Shown piece by piece: positions 9,796-18,760 of a stretch of DNA of 43,839 nt (its first letter is position 1; every line of letters begins with the position of its first letter). The position numbers were made by a program, and so were the translations under genes. Under the pieces are notes generated by a model that did no database searches, was not told the origin of the DNA, and was given only the letters and a program-made list of their open reading frames with translations. This DNA comes from a virus. Its lineage: Duplodnaviria > Heunggongvirae > Uroviricota > Caudoviricetes. Where the stretch lies: the IMG/VR virus record IMGVR_UViG_2734482537_000014; one strand, given 5' to 3'.

Positions 9796-10542
9796 ATGAA
9801 AAATATTGCGACAGGCGACGTTCTTGAACGTATCCGCAGACTGGCCCCGTCACATGTAACCGCGCCATTCAAGACGGTAGCGGAGTGGCGCGAGTGGCAA
9901 CTTTCCGAAGGCCAGAAACGTTGTGAGGAGATCAACCGTCAGAATCGTCAGTTGCGGGTGGAAAAAATTCTGAATCGCTCTGGCATCCAGCCATTGCACC
10001 GCAAATGCTCGTTTTCGAATTACCAGGTGCAGAACGAAGCGCAGCGATACGCGTTGAGTCAGGCGAAATCCATCGCTGATGAACTGATGACCGGGTGTAC
10101 AAATTTTGCGTTCAGCGGAAAACCTGGTACCGGGAAGAACCACTTAGCGGCAGCTATCGGGAATCGCCTGCTGAAAGACGGTCAGACAGTGATTGTGGTT
10201 ACCGTGGCTGATGTTATGAGTGCCCTGCACGCCAGCTATGACGATGGGCAGTCAGGCGAAAAATTTTTGCGGGAACTATGCGAAGTGGATCTGCTGGTTC
10301 TTGATGAAATTGGCATTCAGCGCGAGACGAAAAACGAGCAGGTGGTGCTGCACCAGATTGTTGATCGCCGGACAGCGTCGATGCGCAGCGTGGGGATGCT
10401 GACAAACCTGAACTATGAGGCCATGAAAACATTGCTCGGCGAGCGGATTATGGATCGCATGACCATGAACGGCGGGCGATGGGTGAATTTTAACTGGGAG
10501 AGCTGGCGTCCGAATGTCGTCCAGCCAGGAATTGAGAAGTAA
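9796..10542 (+). CDS. ydaV: DnaC-like AAA+ helicase loader, 248 aa
   Basis: ORF 9796..10542 plus; Walker [16 protein letters not shown] and Walker [10 protein letters not shown]. Confidence 0.85.
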   Translation: MKNIATGDVLERIRRLAPSHVTAPFKTVAEWREWQLSEGQKRCEEINRQNRQLRVEKILNRSGIQPLHRKCSFSNYQVQNEAQRYALSQAKSIADELMTGCTNFAFSGKPGTGKNHLAAAIGNRLLKDGQTVIVVTVADVMSALHASYDDGQSGEKFLRELCEVDLLVLDEIGIQRETKNEQVVLHQIVDRRTASMRSVGMLTNLNYEAMKTLLGERIMDRMTMNGGRWVNFNWESWRPNVVQPGIEK

Positions 10543-10564
10543 TTTTTACCGGGAGGAAATTTTT

Positions 10565-11326
10565 ATGGAGACTGTTTTTGACGCACTGAAAGCAATGGGA
10601 AAAGCCACATCCATAGAACTTGCTGCGCGACTTGATATCAGTCGTGAAGAAGTGCTGAACGAACTATGGGAACTGAAAAAAGCTGGTTTCGTTGATAAAA
10701 GCGCGTACACCTGGCGTGTGGCTGATAACAACGTTCAGCAGGAACAGCCAATGCAGGCAGAACTGCCGGAAGAAACCACCACGGCAACTGTAGTGAAAAT
10801 CTCAGAGTGCGATTTAACCGCGACGATTGAACAACGCGGACCACAAACGGCGGATGAACTGGCTACGCTGTTCGGTACAACATCCCGCAAAGTTGCTTCA
10901 ACGCTGGCAATGGCAATCAGCAAAGGACGCCTGATTCGCGTAAACCAGAACAGTAAATTTCGTTACTGCATGCCGGGCGATAATTTACCAGCAGAGCCGA
11001 AAGCTGCATCGGTAGCGGAAACTGATGGTAAAGCCTTTCCTCAGCCAGCCGGTGTTGCGTTACCAGTACAGGAAGCGGCAACACAGGAAGATATTAAAAC
11101 AGAAACTGTGGCGGACATTGTGCAGTCGCTGCCATCGTTTACTGAAACGCAAGCGGATGACCTAGTTTTACCATCGCTGCATATGGCAAACCGCGAACTG
11201 CGTCGGGCGAAAAATCATGTCCAGAAGTGGGAGCGAGTCTGCGCCGCGCTGCGGGAGCTGAACAAGCACCGGGATATTGTCCGACAGATTGTCGATTCCT
11301 CCAGTCGTATTGTGTCGGAAAAGTGA
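10565..11326 (+). CDS. ydaW: YdaW-like phage protein, N-terminal winged-helix-like region
   Basis: ORF 10514..11326 plus; preferred start ATG 10565 ([13 protein letters not shown]...) after GGGAGG. Confidence 0.6.
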   Translation: METVFDALKAMGKATSIELAARLDISREEVLNELWELKKAGFVDKSAYTWRVADNNVQQEQPMQAELPEETTTATVVKISECDLTATIEQRGPQTADELATLFGTTSRKVASTLAMAISKGRLIRVNQNSKFRYCMPGDNLPAEPKAASVAETDGKAFPQPAGVALPVQEAATQEDIKTETVADIVQSLPSFTETQADDLVLPSLHMANRELRRAKNHVQKWERVCAALRELNKHRDIVRQIVDSSSRIVSEK

Positions 11327-11341
11327 TTGCCGGAGGCGCTT

Positions 11342-11758
11342 ATGGCAAAAGTTTTTACACAGGAAGAGCGTGAAAAAATTAAGGAGCAGGTTGTTGAGTT
11401 GGTACGCCAGAGTGGGCGCGAGACGTTAAGGCAACTGGAGGCCAAGACAGGTGCGACAAGATATCTGATGAGCATTCTTGCCAGAGAGTTGGTTGCCAGT
11501 GGCGATGTATACAACTCTGGCTATGGGTTATTCCCGTCTGAACAGGCTCGTAAGGATTGGAAAAACGCCCGCAAAAAACTATCCAGGGCAAAGGTGAAAA
11601 AAACGGTTGTGGTTGATCCTGACCTTATCTGGTCATTACCAGACGGAGAAATACGCCGCTATGACAGGCGTCAGAACATAATCTGTCGCGAGTGCCGGAA
11701 GAGTGAAGTTATGAAACGTGTACTGGCATTTTATCAAGGAAATCTTCGGTATTTATAG
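11342..11758 (+). CDS. Hypothetical phage protein, about 138 aa
   Basis: ORF 11327..11758 plus, start likely ATG 11342 (MAKVFTQEEREKIKEQVVELVRQ...); composition similar to the replication module; last gene before the AT-rich island. Confidence 0.5.
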   Translation: MAKVFTQEEREKIKEQVVELVRQSGRETLRQLEAKTGATRYLMSILARELVASGDVYNSGYGLFPSEQARKDWKNARKKLSRAKVKKTVVVDPDLIWSLPDGEIRRYDRRQNIICRECRKSEVMKRVLAFYQGNLRYL

Positions 11759-11896
11759 ACGTTACTAGATCAAAGAGCATTAGTTCATATGTAAATTGAC
11801 ATTTTTCTGGCACAGGGGAGAGCTAGCGTGGTTGTCCGCTTTGTGCCAATAGCGGACATTGCTGGCTCATGGTATGTTAGTTTAAGGAGGCAGGTT

Positions 11897-12919
11897 ATGC
11901 CCTGTATTTCGCTGTGGTATAATAGTTGCGCAATTGATACAAGGGAGCGTTACATCGTGAAAATTGTTTTCGAGGTTAATGGAAAGAAAGTTCCACTAAA
12001 ATCTTTAAAATACATAAGCAAAAAAGATCAACTCGAAGTAATGAAAAACTGGTTCTTTGAAAACTTTGAAGATCCGGCAAATGCTTGTCCGTATGAAAGT
12101 AGAGAAGGTGGCTATGCTTACATATATGGCGGGCCGTATGATGCGAGCGAAGAACTACAATCCATCTTCGGTCAATATGTTAAATCTGAGTATATTGAGG
12201 AATTAGTAGATGAATTACAAACACAATGTTTTGACTGGTCTGGAAACTCAAATAATATAGATGATTGGTACGATGATGATATCTACGACGCTGTAACGTC
12301 TTCCGGTAATCCGTATTTAAAATTCATTGATAATATCGATAAAATAAAAAAACTTGCAAAAGATAAAACTGAACAACAGCAAAAAAACCACTTGCTTAGT
12401 TTGCTCTACACGAATGTTATTACAGCTTTGGAAACGCTTTATGTTGAGCTATTCATTAATTCTATAGAGAAAGATGATGTCTACATAGCCAATTGTATAG
12501 AAAAAGGTAAGACTGAATTTAAAGTAAGCAAAGATATTGCTGCGTTGCCTTTCAAGGGTGAACCCATCGAGAAAATTAGGGGAGAGCTAATCAGGTCAAT
12601 CAAGGAACACTTGATCAGTGCAAGCTGGCATAGCACTAAAAAGGTAATCGACCGCTATGAAGCTACATTCGATATAAAAGTACAAAAAGACTGTCCGATA
12701 GAAGCTATTGAATTGGCAACCCTCAATCGAAATCACTTAGTGCATCGTGGTGGAAAGGATAAAGAAGGGAACCTCGTAGTGATTACAGACCAGGATCTTG
12801 AAACGCTGATTGAAAATGCATCGAACCTGGCAATTATGCTCTACAACAGTTTAAATGTAGCAACGAATAAAACCACCATTTTGCAACCAGATGACAAACC
12901 GTTCATTCATGAATTTTAA
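11897..12919 (+). CDS. Gene A of AT-rich accessory cassette: hypothetical protein, about 340 aa, with HEPN-like R-N-x3-H motif near C-terminus
   Basis: ORF 11828..12919 plus; ATG 11897 preceded by AGGAGG with 6-nt spacer (GTG 11957 is an alternative); codons 12728-12745 encode RNHLVH; visibly AT-richer than flanking phage genes; stop 15 nt before gene B. Confidence 0.6.
   Translation: MPCISLWYNSCAIDTRERYIVKIVFEVNGKKVPLKSLKYISKKDQLEVMKNWFFENFEDPANACPYESREGGYAYIYGGPYDASEELQSIFGQYVKSEYIEELVDELQTQCFDWSGNSNNIDDWYDDDIYDAVTSSGNPYLKFIDNIDKIKKLAKDKTEQQQKNHLLSLLYTNVITALETLYVELFINSIEKDDVYIANCIEKGKTEFKVSKDIAALPFKGEPIEKIRGELIRSIKEHLISASWHSTKKVIDRYEATFDIKVQKDCPIEAIELATLNRNHLVHRGGKDKEGNLVVITDQDLETLIENASNLAIMLYNSLNVATNKTTILQPDDKPFIHEF
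11915..11923 (+). promoter_or_regulatory. Extended -10 element TGgTATAAT (only meaningful if gene A starts at GTG 11957)
   Basis: TGGTATAAT read directly at 11915-11923, followed by AAGGGAG and GTG at 11957; an isolated consensus -35 TTGACA lies at 11796-11801 without a good -10. Confidence 0.25.
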
Positions 12920-12934
12920 TAGCGCAGGTCATAC

Positions 12935-13936
12935 ATGGATATTCGCACACGAAAGACAAAATTTTTAGAGTCGTTAGATTCAACTGAAGTGATACGCAAA
13001 GCAGTAAGTCTCGCTATAGATTGCATTATTGATAATCATAATAGTAATGAAGATACCCCCTTAGTTATTACCAGCTATGATGATCTCTGTAGAATCCAGG
13101 TGCTAAATTATGTACAGGAGTTTTGCGAAGCTGCATTCCCTGATATGGATGAATATTACTTTAGTCCTAACATACTTCGCATCAACGGCAAGACTAGTGA
13201 AGAAGCTTGTATTAACTTAATTAAACTCTTAAGAAGTACAAAAGGCATGCTATTCTGGTCCGATGCCCCATCGTGGTTCGCTAGCCTCCCCGACGGATTA
13301 TTCCATGTTGTTAACATTGATCAAAAAATCGTTACTCGCGGCCTTAATAAGAAAAACTCTAAGCCGACAATAATCAATAAAGATTACAGTGTAGATACAC
13401 TACTATCAGAGCTATTTTTGAATGGCGCACACATGGAGCAACCCAACGTACACAACGTTTCTGAGGGAAACATGAAGTTCTATGATGAATGCCATGCTGG
13501 ATTAATCAGACCAATACCCGCTCCAATAGGCGCGTCATACGATGAAGAGATCACAATTAATTCTCCAGATTGGCAAAAGCTCGCGTGTGTAGCTTTACGC
13601 CGCTATCAGTCGAAGGAATGTCATGACGGAATGCAATGGGATACAACCGATCATGGTTGGACTGATGTAATCGCGTATCCATTCGTCGAAGAAATACAAT
13701 CAATGGATAATAGTGGTTATCGACAATGTTTAGTTGGGCTGGTCACAATAAACAATTCAAATGCAAATTCTCCGTACCTATCTACCGTTTGGATACATCC
13801 ATTTTATCGCAGGAGAGGGTTATTAAGTAAGTTATGGCCAAAATTACAAGAGTTATATGGAAGTAACTTCGAAATTGAGCGACCTAATGAAAATATGAAA
13901 GCATTTCTGAAAAGTGCGAAACACGCAGATTACTAA
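12935..13936 (+). CDS. Gene B of AT-rich accessory cassette: hypothetical protein, 333 aa, C-terminal region weakly GNAT-like
   Basis: ORF 12935..13936 plus; C-terminal VWIHPFYRRRGLLSKLWPKLQEL (R-R-R-G at 13808-13819) resembles the GNAT CoA-binding motif A and NENMKAFLKSA resembles motif B; same AT-rich composition as gene A. Confidence 0.6.
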   Translation: MDIRTRKTKFLESLDSTEVIRKAVSLAIDCIIDNHNSNEDTPLVITSYDDLCRIQVLNYVQEFCEAAFPDMDEYYFSPNILRINGKTSEEACINLIKLLRSTKGMLFWSDAPSWFASLPDGLFHVVNIDQKIVTRGLNKKNSKPTIINKDYSVDTLLSELFLNGAHMEQPNVHNVSEGNMKFYDECHAGLIRPIPAPIGASYDEEITINSPDWQKLACVALRRYQSKECHDGMQWDTTDHGWTDVIAYPFVEEIQSMDNSGYRQCLVGLVTINNSNANSPYLSTVWIHPFYRRRGLLSKLWPKLQELYGSNFEIERPNENMKAFLKSAKHADY

Positions 13937-14119
13937 TTTATGAATCAGTCTGTGGAGTTAGGGTTGGTGTGAACAAGTAGGGTAAGAGCCTCAACGTGAT
14001 GCTATGCCGACCTGCTCCCTGAGAATTCACACAGAAGGCTGCTAGCAATGTCTGCAGATCGCTCAAAGCGGACTAAAATGTTGGCTTGTTTCTGACTTAG
14101 AGCATTTAAGGAAGTGCTG

Positions 14120-14338
14120 GTGGTGACTGGTTGTTGTGTTCCATTTCTACAGAATAAAATCACAGAAACTATACCCAATAGTTGTATTGAATCACTGACG
14201 AGACAGCCTCATATTTATCAGGACTGGTGTGCGTCTAATACAGGGGGTTGTCGTGCTGGTTCTCAAATGTGCGCTGGCTATTGCGGCTGTAATGGCAATT
14301 TATTGTCTTGCTGTTGTTCTTATGGAGCGGCTTTCTGA
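14120..14338 (+). CDS. Cys-rich small ORF (about 72 aa), coding status uncertain
   Basis: ORF 14114..14338 plus; in-frame GTG at 14120 after AAGGAAG; product has 12 Cys including CC and CCC runs; a Chi octamer GCTGGTGG lies at 14116-14123. Confidence 0.3.
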   Translation: MVTGCCVPFLQNKITETIPNSCIESLTRQPHIYQDWCASNTGGCRAGSQMCAGYCGCNGNLLSCCCSYGAAF

Positions 14339-14502
14339 TTGATTACATACTGGCTAGAAAAAAGGTGTTACCTTGGTTTATCTTTGTCCGGCAAGGTGCG
14401 CTCATTAATCTTAAGTAAATTTATTGCTCAAGTATTCAGATTACTTCTTATGGTTGAAGTCTCCTGTCAATGTAGAACCAATATATTTACAAAAATGAGA
14501 CC

Positions 14503-14533
14503 CGTCGGGGATAGCCCTGCCGGGTCTGACTGT
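14503..14533 (-). terminator. Putative intrinsic terminator for the minus-strand YeaR-like gene
   Basis: Inverted repeat AGACCCG / CGGGTCT followed on the minus strand by a short T-rich run (cattttTgtaaa); lies just downstream of the 14557 stop. Confidence 0.35.
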
Positions 14534-14556
14534 TAAAGCATTTTTAATATGATCAT

Positions 14557-14895
14557 CTATTTTTTGGTGCTATAGACTTTTTCGCCCGAAAAGTCTGGAG
14601 CGACCCAAAAGTTAATATTAAACTGAGCATCATCGCTTAGTTCAACACGGTGCCAGTATTGTGGTGGGCTTGTTGCAAAAGCGCCAGCATTAATGACTAC
14701 TTTTATCTCCGGTTCAGTAGCATTCTCATCAGTAAAACCATAATATGTTACAGTGCCTTCCATTACGCACAACTGCCCAAAAACACCTGCTGCTGTATTA
14801 TGATGTGTTAATAACGCTGAAGGTACGTTCTCTTTTGTGAAGAACGGAGTTGAGCGTTTGATTACCCAATCTTTAGGAATTCTCTTGTGTGTCAT
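14557..14895 (-). CDS. DUF1971-type protein (YeaR / TehB N-terminal domain-like), 112 aa
   Basis: ORF 14557..14919 minus; ATG at 14893-14895 preceded by GGAGGAGG; pattern RSTPFFTKENVP...GVFGQLCVMEGTVTYYGFTDENATEPE...AGAFATSPPQYWHRVE...FNINFWVAP matches recalled E. coli YeaR. Confidence 0.6.
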   Translation of the reverse strand: MTHKRIPKDWVIKRSTPFFTKENVPSALLTHHNTAAGVFGQLCVMEGTVTYYGFTDENATEPEIKVVINAGAFATSPPQYWHRVELSDDAQFNINFWVAPDFSGEKVYSTKK

Positions 14896-15708
14896 AACCA
14901 CCTCCTCCAAAACATGCATTAAAAATGCATCTTTTGGAGGGTTATGTCAAGCTGTTATGAAACACATAATTGATATGTTGATTAGAGGAGAAGATAGAAT
15001 AAATATGGTTGTTTTTCGTATAACTATTTGTTTTACTTTTAGTTTATGCATTCTGTGTGTTAGGAATAAGTTATTAAAGTTTAATCAAAAAATCTCGATG
15101 TAGTCCACATAGATTACTGTTACTGAACCTTATTGTGTGTATTAGTTGTGTTCTGAAATTTCAGCTTAATTATTTATGATGTATTTTTTAACGATAAATA
15201 TTTTCCCAGGATACCTTTACTGTGTATATAAATAAATTATATACGCATAAATAATGTAAAGGCGTCCTTTTAGATATATCTTATCAAATGTTAATGACTT
15301 GAGTGGGAAATATGATTCCAGCAACTTATCATGTGGCTACTTTATAAAAATAATGCCCATATAAAACAACAAGCGAAAAGGATTACGGATAAAAAAGGAG
15401 CGAGATGTGCGAACTTGTTATTTTCCATGTTTAACCACCTTAAATAATTGATGATGACGGGATGATTGCATCTGTAATGCTTTTATTGAAATGTTATGAT
15501 AAAAAAGAACTTTTGCATAACATTAAAATGTAATTTATCTAATCGTTTTTAATAATAAGTGTCGTATTTCTATCCTTGTACCAGCTATTTGATATGTAGT
15601 GTTTGTTCATGCTATGTGGGGCTTTACACCATAGCCAGTTTATTTATACTTTATTCGTCAGCCTGAACAACTGGCATCTGCTGCGCTGCGCCATCGAGAG
15701 ATTGAGAA

Positions 15709-16308
15709 ATGGCGCATATACAACTGGTCAAACAAACCTCTTCTGGTTTACTTCTCCCGGCGACGCCGGAGAGTTGCGATTTTCTGCATCAAATCAAAAT
15801 AGGTGAGTGGATACACGCAGACTTTAAGCGTGTGCGTAACTACGCATTCCACAAGCGTTTTTTCAAACTCCTGCAACTGGGATTCGATTACTGGACTCCG
15901 GTCGGTGGGGCGATCACGCCTCGCGAACGAGAACTGCTGTCTGGTTTCGTTGATTACCTGTGCGAATCAGTTGGTCGGGAACACACGCCAGCCCTGAGTG
16001 ATGCCGCAGAGCAATACCTTAACACCGTTGCGACTCGTAGAACCCGGGATACGGCGTTGCTAAAGTCGTTTGAGGCTTTCCGCGAGTGGGTAACCATTCA
16101 GGCCGGATTTTACACCGAGCATATTTATCCGGACGGTAGCCGTGGGCGTCGGGCAAAATCCATCGCTTTTGCGAATATGGACGAAGTCGAGTTTCAGCAG
16201 GTTTATAAATCTGTACTGAATGTGCTGTGGAACTGGATTCTGTTCCGTAAATTCTCCTCTCAGGAGGAAGTTGAAAATGTGGCCGCACAACTACTGGAGT
16301 TTGCGTAA
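15709..16308 (+). CDS. Lambdoid nin-region protein (YdfU/DUF1367-like as recalled), 199 aa
   Basis: ORF 15709..16308 plus; follows a roughly 600-bp AT-rich non-coding stretch; stop overlaps the next start (TAATG). Confidence 0.55.
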   Translation: MAHIQLVKQTSSGLLLPATPESCDFLHQIKIGEWIHADFKRVRNYAFHKRFFKLLQLGFDYWTPVGGAITPRERELLSGFVDYLCESVGREHTPALSDAAEQYLNTVATRRTRDTALLKSFEAFREWVTIQAGFYTEHIYPDGSRGRRAKSIAFANMDEVEFQQVYKSVLNVLWNWILFRKFSSQEEVENVAAQLLEFA

Positions 16309-16598
16309 TGGTGAATTTACGTAAAGCGGCTAAAGGCCAGATGTGCCAGATCAGAATCCCTGGCTACTGCAATCACAATCCCGAAACCTCTGTGCTGGCG
16401 CATTACAGGCTGGCGGGGACGTGCGGAACAGCGACAAAACCACATGATATGCAGGCGGCGATAGCCTGTAGCTCATGCCACGATCTAATCGACGGGCGGG
16501 TAAAAACCAGCGATTACACCAAAGAAGAATTGCGCCTGATGCATGCTGAAGGGGTTTTTCGCACACAAGAAATCTGGAGAAAGAAAGGTCATTTATGA
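16308..16598 (+). CDS. YbcO-like (DUF1364) Cys/His-rich putative nuclease, 96 aa
   Basis: ORF 16308..16598 plus; MVNLRKAAKGQMCQIRIPGYCNHNPETSVLAHYRLAG...CSSCHD resembles DLP12 YbcO as recalled. Confidence 0.6.
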   Translation: MVNLRKAAKGQMCQIRIPGYCNHNPETSVLAHYRLAGTCGTATKPHDMQAAIACSSCHDLIDGRVKTSDYTKEELRLMHAEGVFRTQEIWRKKGHL

Positions 16599-17137
16599 TT
16601 TACCCAACGAATACAGGAAAAAGCGGAGAACACCTTCGCCTCACCACGCTGGAAAGTGTCTGGATTCAGGGAAAACTACGTATGTGGGGGCGCTGGTCGT
16701 ATATTGGCGGTGGCAGGTCAGGGAATATGTTCAATCAGTTGTTGGCATCCAAAAAACTGACGAAAACAGCCATTAATGAAGCCCTGCGCAGAATGAAAAA
16801 AGCGGGAATAGAGAAAGCTGAGCTGGAAGCGTTTTTGCGAGAGATGATCAACGGCAAGCAAAAGAGCTGGCTGGCGCATTGTACTGATGCAGAGGCGTTA
16901 TGTATTGATCGAGTCATAAGTGAGGTGCTGGCAGAGCATCCAGGATTGATTTGCATTCTCCGGCAACGCTATGAAGGGCGGGGGATGACTAAGCGCAAAA
17001 TGGCTGAATTGCTAAATGATGCACACCCAGAGTGGTGTTTTAGCACATGCGAAAAACGGATTGCTAATTGGTTAGCTGTTGCTGAGTATGCCCTATATAT
17101 TCCCATGCGTGAATCATTTGCTGAGAAAATGGCTTGA
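16595..17137 (+). CDS. Late-gene antiterminator Q candidate (possibly Q21-type), 180 aa
   Basis: ORF 16595..17137 plus; last gene before a strong intrinsic terminator and the lysis region; assigned by position, not by a confident motif. Confidence 0.5.
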   Translation: MIYPTNTGKSGEHLRLTTLESVWIQGKLRMWGRWSYIGGGRSGNMFNQLLASKKLTKTAINEALRRMKKAGIEKAELEAFLREMINGKQKSWLAHCTDAEALCIDRVISEVLAEHPGLICILRQRYEGRGMTKRKMAELLNDAHPEWCFSTCEKRIANWLAVAEYALYIPMRESFAEKMA

Positions 17138-17216
17138 TTTCTTACGTATAAACTGCTTCAATTTTGCTATGCTTCGCAAAGCTGTATCGCGAGGCGGATT
17201 GCAGACATGGACATCG

Positions 17217-17247
17217 TAAAAAAACCGCTTAATGCGGTTTTTTTACG
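17217..17247 (+). terminator. Intrinsic terminator (tR'-like), bidirectional-looking
   Basis: AAAAAAACCGC-ttaat-GCGGTTTTTTT; about 80 bp after the Q-like stop; possible promoter elements TTGATT (17134-17139) and TTCAAT (17157-17162) upstream. Confidence 0.6.
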
Positions 17248-17562
17248 TCAGGAAAGCAGGGGAGAATGCTGCTAGTTGGGCAACTGGTCTTTCTGCTCCA
17301 AATTATAACAGAGACCAGTTATAGTTTCGGTGCTGTGTTTTTTTTACAATATTGTGATAACACATTGCTGGCGGGAGTTTTGATATTTCTTGGCAGGGGC
17401 TGATGATGCGTTATCCTGATGTCGTCAACTCATATAAAATGAGATGAGAGATCATTGCAGGGTGGTTTGTAATTCGCTGTTTAGCGGGACAATATGTTGT
17501 CTGATACAAGACACCCGACGCCTCAGATTACTATAATAAAGACGAAGCATCCTTTGTATTGA

Positions 17563-17590
17563 CCAACCGCCTGTTTAGGCGGTTCTTTTT
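17563..17590 (+). terminator. Second intrinsic terminator candidate
   Basis: AACCGCC-tgtttag-GGCGGTT followed by CTTTTT. Confidence 0.4.
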
Positions 17591-18181
17591 GGGCTGGTTT
17601 ATTGTATGCCAAATGATTATTAAAAAGGTTGTGTTAATAACAAGATCCGAAATAATATGCCTGCATATTTTTATCTTGCTTATATTCTGCATATTGTGCA
17701 TAGCAGGCTCATCCCTGCAATCAAAACTGTATGATGAGTATTTTTTGTTTTCCTTTTTTCCAGTCATCTGATGATGACCTGCTTCTTTTTAATCCGGATC
17801 GACATCAGTTTTTTAAGATAATTCCTGCGAGTTATATGCATAAATGCCACAAACTCCGCATTTTATGTGGTTGGGAGTTGCCGGGCGCGCAGTGAGTTTG
17901 CTAAGAAAACTCCTGCATGGTGAATCCCCCTGTGCGGTGGGGTGATACCATTAACCTTTTCTGTCGCCGACAGGTATCACGAACATTTTGTTCACCGGGA
18001 GGCACCCGGCACCATGCACTTCAATAGATTCTCTCCACATTATGGATATTCTTTCAGAATATCCCACGCAGACTTTGTGTAAATGTTAACAAATGTGCGT
18101 TTTATTTGATCTGATTCGCTGTTTGAGCGTCCAAAACAACGGTATATATAATCCTTTACTATATGACATATGTGAGGAAAA

Positions 18182-18610
18182 ATGGGTTTTCGTAGCGCAT
18201 CAATTCTTACGTTGATTATTAGTGGGATTATTATCGGGTGCACTGATGCTGTATCGACAAATTATCATGACCGTACATCATATTACTCCGATAAAGCAAT
18301 AGAGACACAGTATGTGAGTTCATCTGAACGTACTTCTGATGTTAGTGAGGATATCCGTCTGTATGCCCATCAAATCAAGAGCGCCATCGAAAAACAGTTC
18401 GGGGATGCGAGTAAGTATTCAGGAAAAGAGTGTACACTGAGAATGCATATGGCCCCGAATGGCCTTCTACTGGAGGTTAAAAGAGAAAGTGGAGACCTCG
18501 ATTTATGTCGTGAAGCGATGAATGCGATAAAGAATGCTGATATACCTGCCCCCCCTTCGCCGGAAGTATATAAAGTATTTCAAAATGGGGTGCTGGATTT
18601 TAAACCCTGA
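18182..18610 (+). CDS. Lipoprotein with TolA C-terminal (domain III)-like region, 142 aa
   Basis: ORF 18182..18610 plus, GAGGAAAA Shine-Dalgarno; hydrophobic leader ending in lipobox IIGC; C-terminal ...YAHQIKSAIEKQFGDASKYSGKECTLRMHMAPNGLLLEVKRESGDLDLCREAMNAIKNADIPAPPSPEVYKVFQNGVLDFKP resembles the E. coli TolA C-terminus as recalled. Confidence 0.6.
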   Translation: MGFRSASILTLIISGIIIGCTDAVSTNYHDRTSYYSDKAIETQYVSSSERTSDVSEDIRLYAHQIKSAIEKQFGDASKYSGKECTLRMHMAPNGLLLEVKRESGDLDLCREAMNAIKNADIPAPPSPEVYKVFQNGVLDFKP

Positions 18611-18760
18611 TATTTATTGTTTTGTAATAAACGGTTTCGGCTTAGGTTTGTTCTGACACAGCTACGGCACTGAGCTAAATTTAGCGGATAGTCAGCTCTG
18701 AGCCAGTGGCGGACGTAACAACTACTATTGCTGAGATTTTAATGGATTGAGGAGCAAGAA

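Noticed and set aside
14339-14536. 65-aa ORF downstream of the Cys-rich ORF
   Set aside because: No start context; its 3' end covers the hairpin assigned as terminator of the convergent YeaR-like gene.
17531-17771. Overlapping plus and minus ORFs (70 and 78 aa) in the AT-rich region after Q
   Set aside because: The plus ORF starts with TTG and runs through a terminator hairpin; both encode hydrophobic low-complexity peptides typical of AT-rich non-coding DNA.
17140-18180. Possible tRNA genes downstream of Q (common cargo in lambdoid prophages)
   Set aside because: Scanned by eye for T-loop (GTTCGAATC-like) and acceptor-stem/CCA patterns; none found.
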